From assembly GCA_032718475.1 (NCBI GenBank), contig JAUCBJ010008666.1:1-64000 (forward strand): a DNA stretch of 64,000 nt, read 5' to 3'. The position numbers and the translations under genes were made by a program. Each line of letters opens with the position of its first letter. Position 1 is the stretch's first letter. The DNA is from Nemertoderma westbladi. Its lineage: Eukaryota; Animalia; Xenacoelomorpha. This document shows positions 61,195 through 64,000 of this stretch, piece after piece. The notes beneath the pieces were generated by a model, which worked only from the letters and a program-made list of their open reading frames with translations, was not told the origin of the DNA and ran no database searches.

Positions 61195-61426
61195 CTTCTC
61201 GAAGGCCACACGGAAATTCAACTTGGAAAATTTCTAAACTTTGGCCAGACTACATGTGTACCACGTGTACATGTGTTTGGCTGAGTTATTAACGTTTAAA
61301 ATTGGACACGACAGATCAACAGAACAACAGAACGACAGAACAACAGATCGACAGATCAACAGACACACCGATTGAGTTAGTGGTACCTGTATGCTAAGCT
61401 CGCTTACTTTCGTCGCTCGCCCCACA
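61195..61426 (+). mobile_element. Helentron/DINE-1-like non-autonomous repeat, copy 3
   Basis: An ACAGA-based microsatellite precedes the shared end GCTAAGCTCGC...CTCGCCCCACA. Confidence 0.5.
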
Positions 61427-61997
61427 ATGTTGCAGCAAGAAGTTGAGCAATGTTGCAGGGTGTTTTCCAGTAACGTATTGTTGGGTATTTCCAACAACAT
61501 ATTTCTGAATCCCTCGCACGGATCAACTGTTGTTAAGGAAACATAACCATACAGCAACAAATGTTGCACCGTATGAACAAACTACGACGACCTTTAGAAA
61601 ACATATAGGAAATGGTAAATAATAACAAAATTATTACTTACGCATATGCATACTGGGCGAGAGTCTTGCGTCACATTATACAGTTCGCGTTGTGGTACGG
61701 AAGAATTTTGTGCAAAATAAAATCCTATAGCTATACACCACTCCCTTTAACTCCCATTACACCTTTAACCCCAAGAAAAATCTCGGTTAGGCCTCAGTAC
61801 AGCAGCACGCACGCACGTTTCATTCACCACCCAAATCTTTGGCACATATTATTATTAATATACAAGTACTGTACCCGGTATGTGGATCGTTAACACTGCC
61901 CACCAAATAGAGCCAAATATTGACCATTCAGTGTCCACAGCACAATATAGTGATTTCTAATATAGAATCCGCACAACTTTAAACTAAACGAACTAAC

Positions 61998-62330
61998 CGG
62001 TCTTTAATCCGGCTTTATTCCTCTGCGAACCATCGCTTCCATGGGAGCCCCTCGATTTACTCCCACTCGACTCCCTTCTCCTCCCCCCTACGTCAGACCT
62101 TTTCCTTCGCACTTCCCCGCTCTGCCTAGACTGGCCGCTCGAATGCCCCGACTCCACCTTGGTTTTGACGCCGCCCGACTTCCGCTTTCCTCGCAAACTA
62201 GTTTCTGATTGGTCAGAATGACCTTTCAGGCTACTGCGTGGTTTTGATGGGTCGGATCGATGGCCACCGTCTCCGTTCGGGGTTCTCGAATATGCGTCAT
62301 AAACACCACCTAGAGATGACAACGTAATCG
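61998..62330 (-). CDS. Exon of the uncharacterised protein (Ser/Gly/Arg-rich); upstream exons not identified
   Basis: TATAG acceptor in phase 1 and G|GTTAGT donor in phase 1, matching the 58367 acceptor. Confidence 0.8.
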
Positions 62331-64000
62331 CTATATAAATAAACTATCTATATATATAAATTACCGGTGGATAATGAGCAGGTTGCCATAAATTAACAAT
62401 GTGAAATATATATATGAATATGATTAATAATTAGGGACAATGGACATAGAGCTAAACTCACGTTTTGAATTATCAGCAAAAAACGTCTCGACTTTATCCA
62501 AATCCTGAGTTTGCGGGGGTTCAGGCGCAACAGATAGTGTTCCGAGCATTGTGAATAACTGTATTAACCTACTGTATTAACCCTAACCCCTATTGAATAA
62601 CTGTATTGGCAATTGTAATTAATATTGAATACCGGTACTTCATTACATTTTACATTACTAAACTATAACTGTATAATATATAATAAGTATAATACCGGTA
62701 AGTGCTGATAATAAGTGCTTATTAGGCCTATTCTATAATAATAAGTGCTGATCAGACTGAAGAGAGTCAGCGAATCAGGCCTACGTCGATATGAATCAGT
62801 AGACTCGGCTTACATAAATTAACATTAGCCAGAATAAGCACATTTTCGATATTATTTCGTACTAAAAGTTGGTAAAATAATAAAATAAGTTTGTGTGGAG
62901 TCTGGAGTGTCTCTTAGTTTTGTTGGGTGTGCTTCTGTCCTTAAATTACCTGGCTACTACACTGCCGTACTGGTACCTACGTTGATAGTTACTGCTGTAC
63001 TCTACAGCAGTACAGTGTACGTACACCGTACTGTCAACAGTTTAGGCCTACAGCAGTATCACAATTGTAACTGATTTTAACATCAGCTGATAGAAGCCAG
63101 TGTTTAAAAGGTTGCCTAGCAACCATCCAAGATCACAGGCCTGTTTATGACGTTTCCGCTTGCCCATAACCAAGGCCTACTAGAAAACAGGCCGTGCAGC
63201 CGACTGCTAGGCCCTAAAACTTATCATAATAAATGGGACTTCCTATAATAAATGTATACTAAAACTTATGGGCCGACTTCTTTTAACAATGCTGCAATGC
63301 AGGTGCTACAGTGTAAAGGAATATAGATTACTCATAATGGCCATTCTTTCACATTCACTATATTTGGCAATTTGGGGCAATAGATTATGAAGAATCTTTT
63401 TCTGGCAGTAATTTTGTGATCAAAAAATGATATCTACAGTACTCAATAAGGCCAACTATACATATGACAATGACAAGTACGTACCGGTACTTTGGTGTTG
63501 GCATTGATTTGTTGTGTTAATTATGTCGTTTTAAGGGGAAAATACATTGTGAGGGTTTATAATTTAACGTACTGTATATTCTAGTTTAAGGCTAATTATG
63601 CACTAGCAGTAGCCTACCTAGGGCATACAGTACTTTTTTTGGCACCGCTGAAAAATGAGTTGATTAGCGGTGTTTTATCTACACACATGGACGTTTATAC
63701 TGCTTGTACCTTGTCATTTACTTTCCTCGTTTCCCAACAGTTCTCAAAGTTTGTTTCCCTCGGTAATTTTGTAGAACACACGCCCCAACCCCCACTCCCA
63801 CCCCCCCCCCCCCCCCCCCAAAAAAAAACCTTTACTTAATAATATTTTAAAGTACTTTAAATTACTACTTTATATTATTAATAAGTACTTTGTGTTATTA
63901 TTTTATTATTTGTATGATTATTTATTTACGATTGCCGACCCAATATTCCCCAGTATAAAAAACATCAGTGGCCCCGATACGGGCTCTTCATTAATTAAAT

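Noticed and set aside
62756-62810. CTGAAGAG hammerhead-like core
   Set aside because: No GAAA after stem II and no stems I or III.

Overview
This window is AT-rich, repeat-laden eukaryotic (animal, probably invertebrate) DNA with GT-AG spliceosomal introns and many G/C homopolymer tracts. Host genes are: an intronless TMEM41B/stasimon (+); an intronless L-rhamnose mutarotase (RhaM)-family gene with an added MGCxxSKK lipidation-type N-terminus (-); an 11-exon signal peptide-3xIg-FN3-GPI adhesion gene (-, 40489->19279, all exon phases close); and four phase-compatible exons of a large low-complexity protein (-, 62330->48000). Mobile and repeat DNA includes a GC-rich block with a three-CCHC-knuckle ORF and no pol, a complete foldback/Mutator-like element with minisatellite arms and a 9-bp TSD, several TA-flanked MITEs, RTE-like LINE relics, Helentron-like repeats and many tandem arrays. 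The most unusual signals are a type I hammerhead ribozyme sitting in place of the anticodon arm of a tRNA-like Pol III unit, two minisatellites that are tandem amplifications of real splice junctions (AG|GT), and the acylation-tagged RhaM with an altered active site. All calls were made by eye without database searches, and copy numbers are estimates from span divided by unit length.
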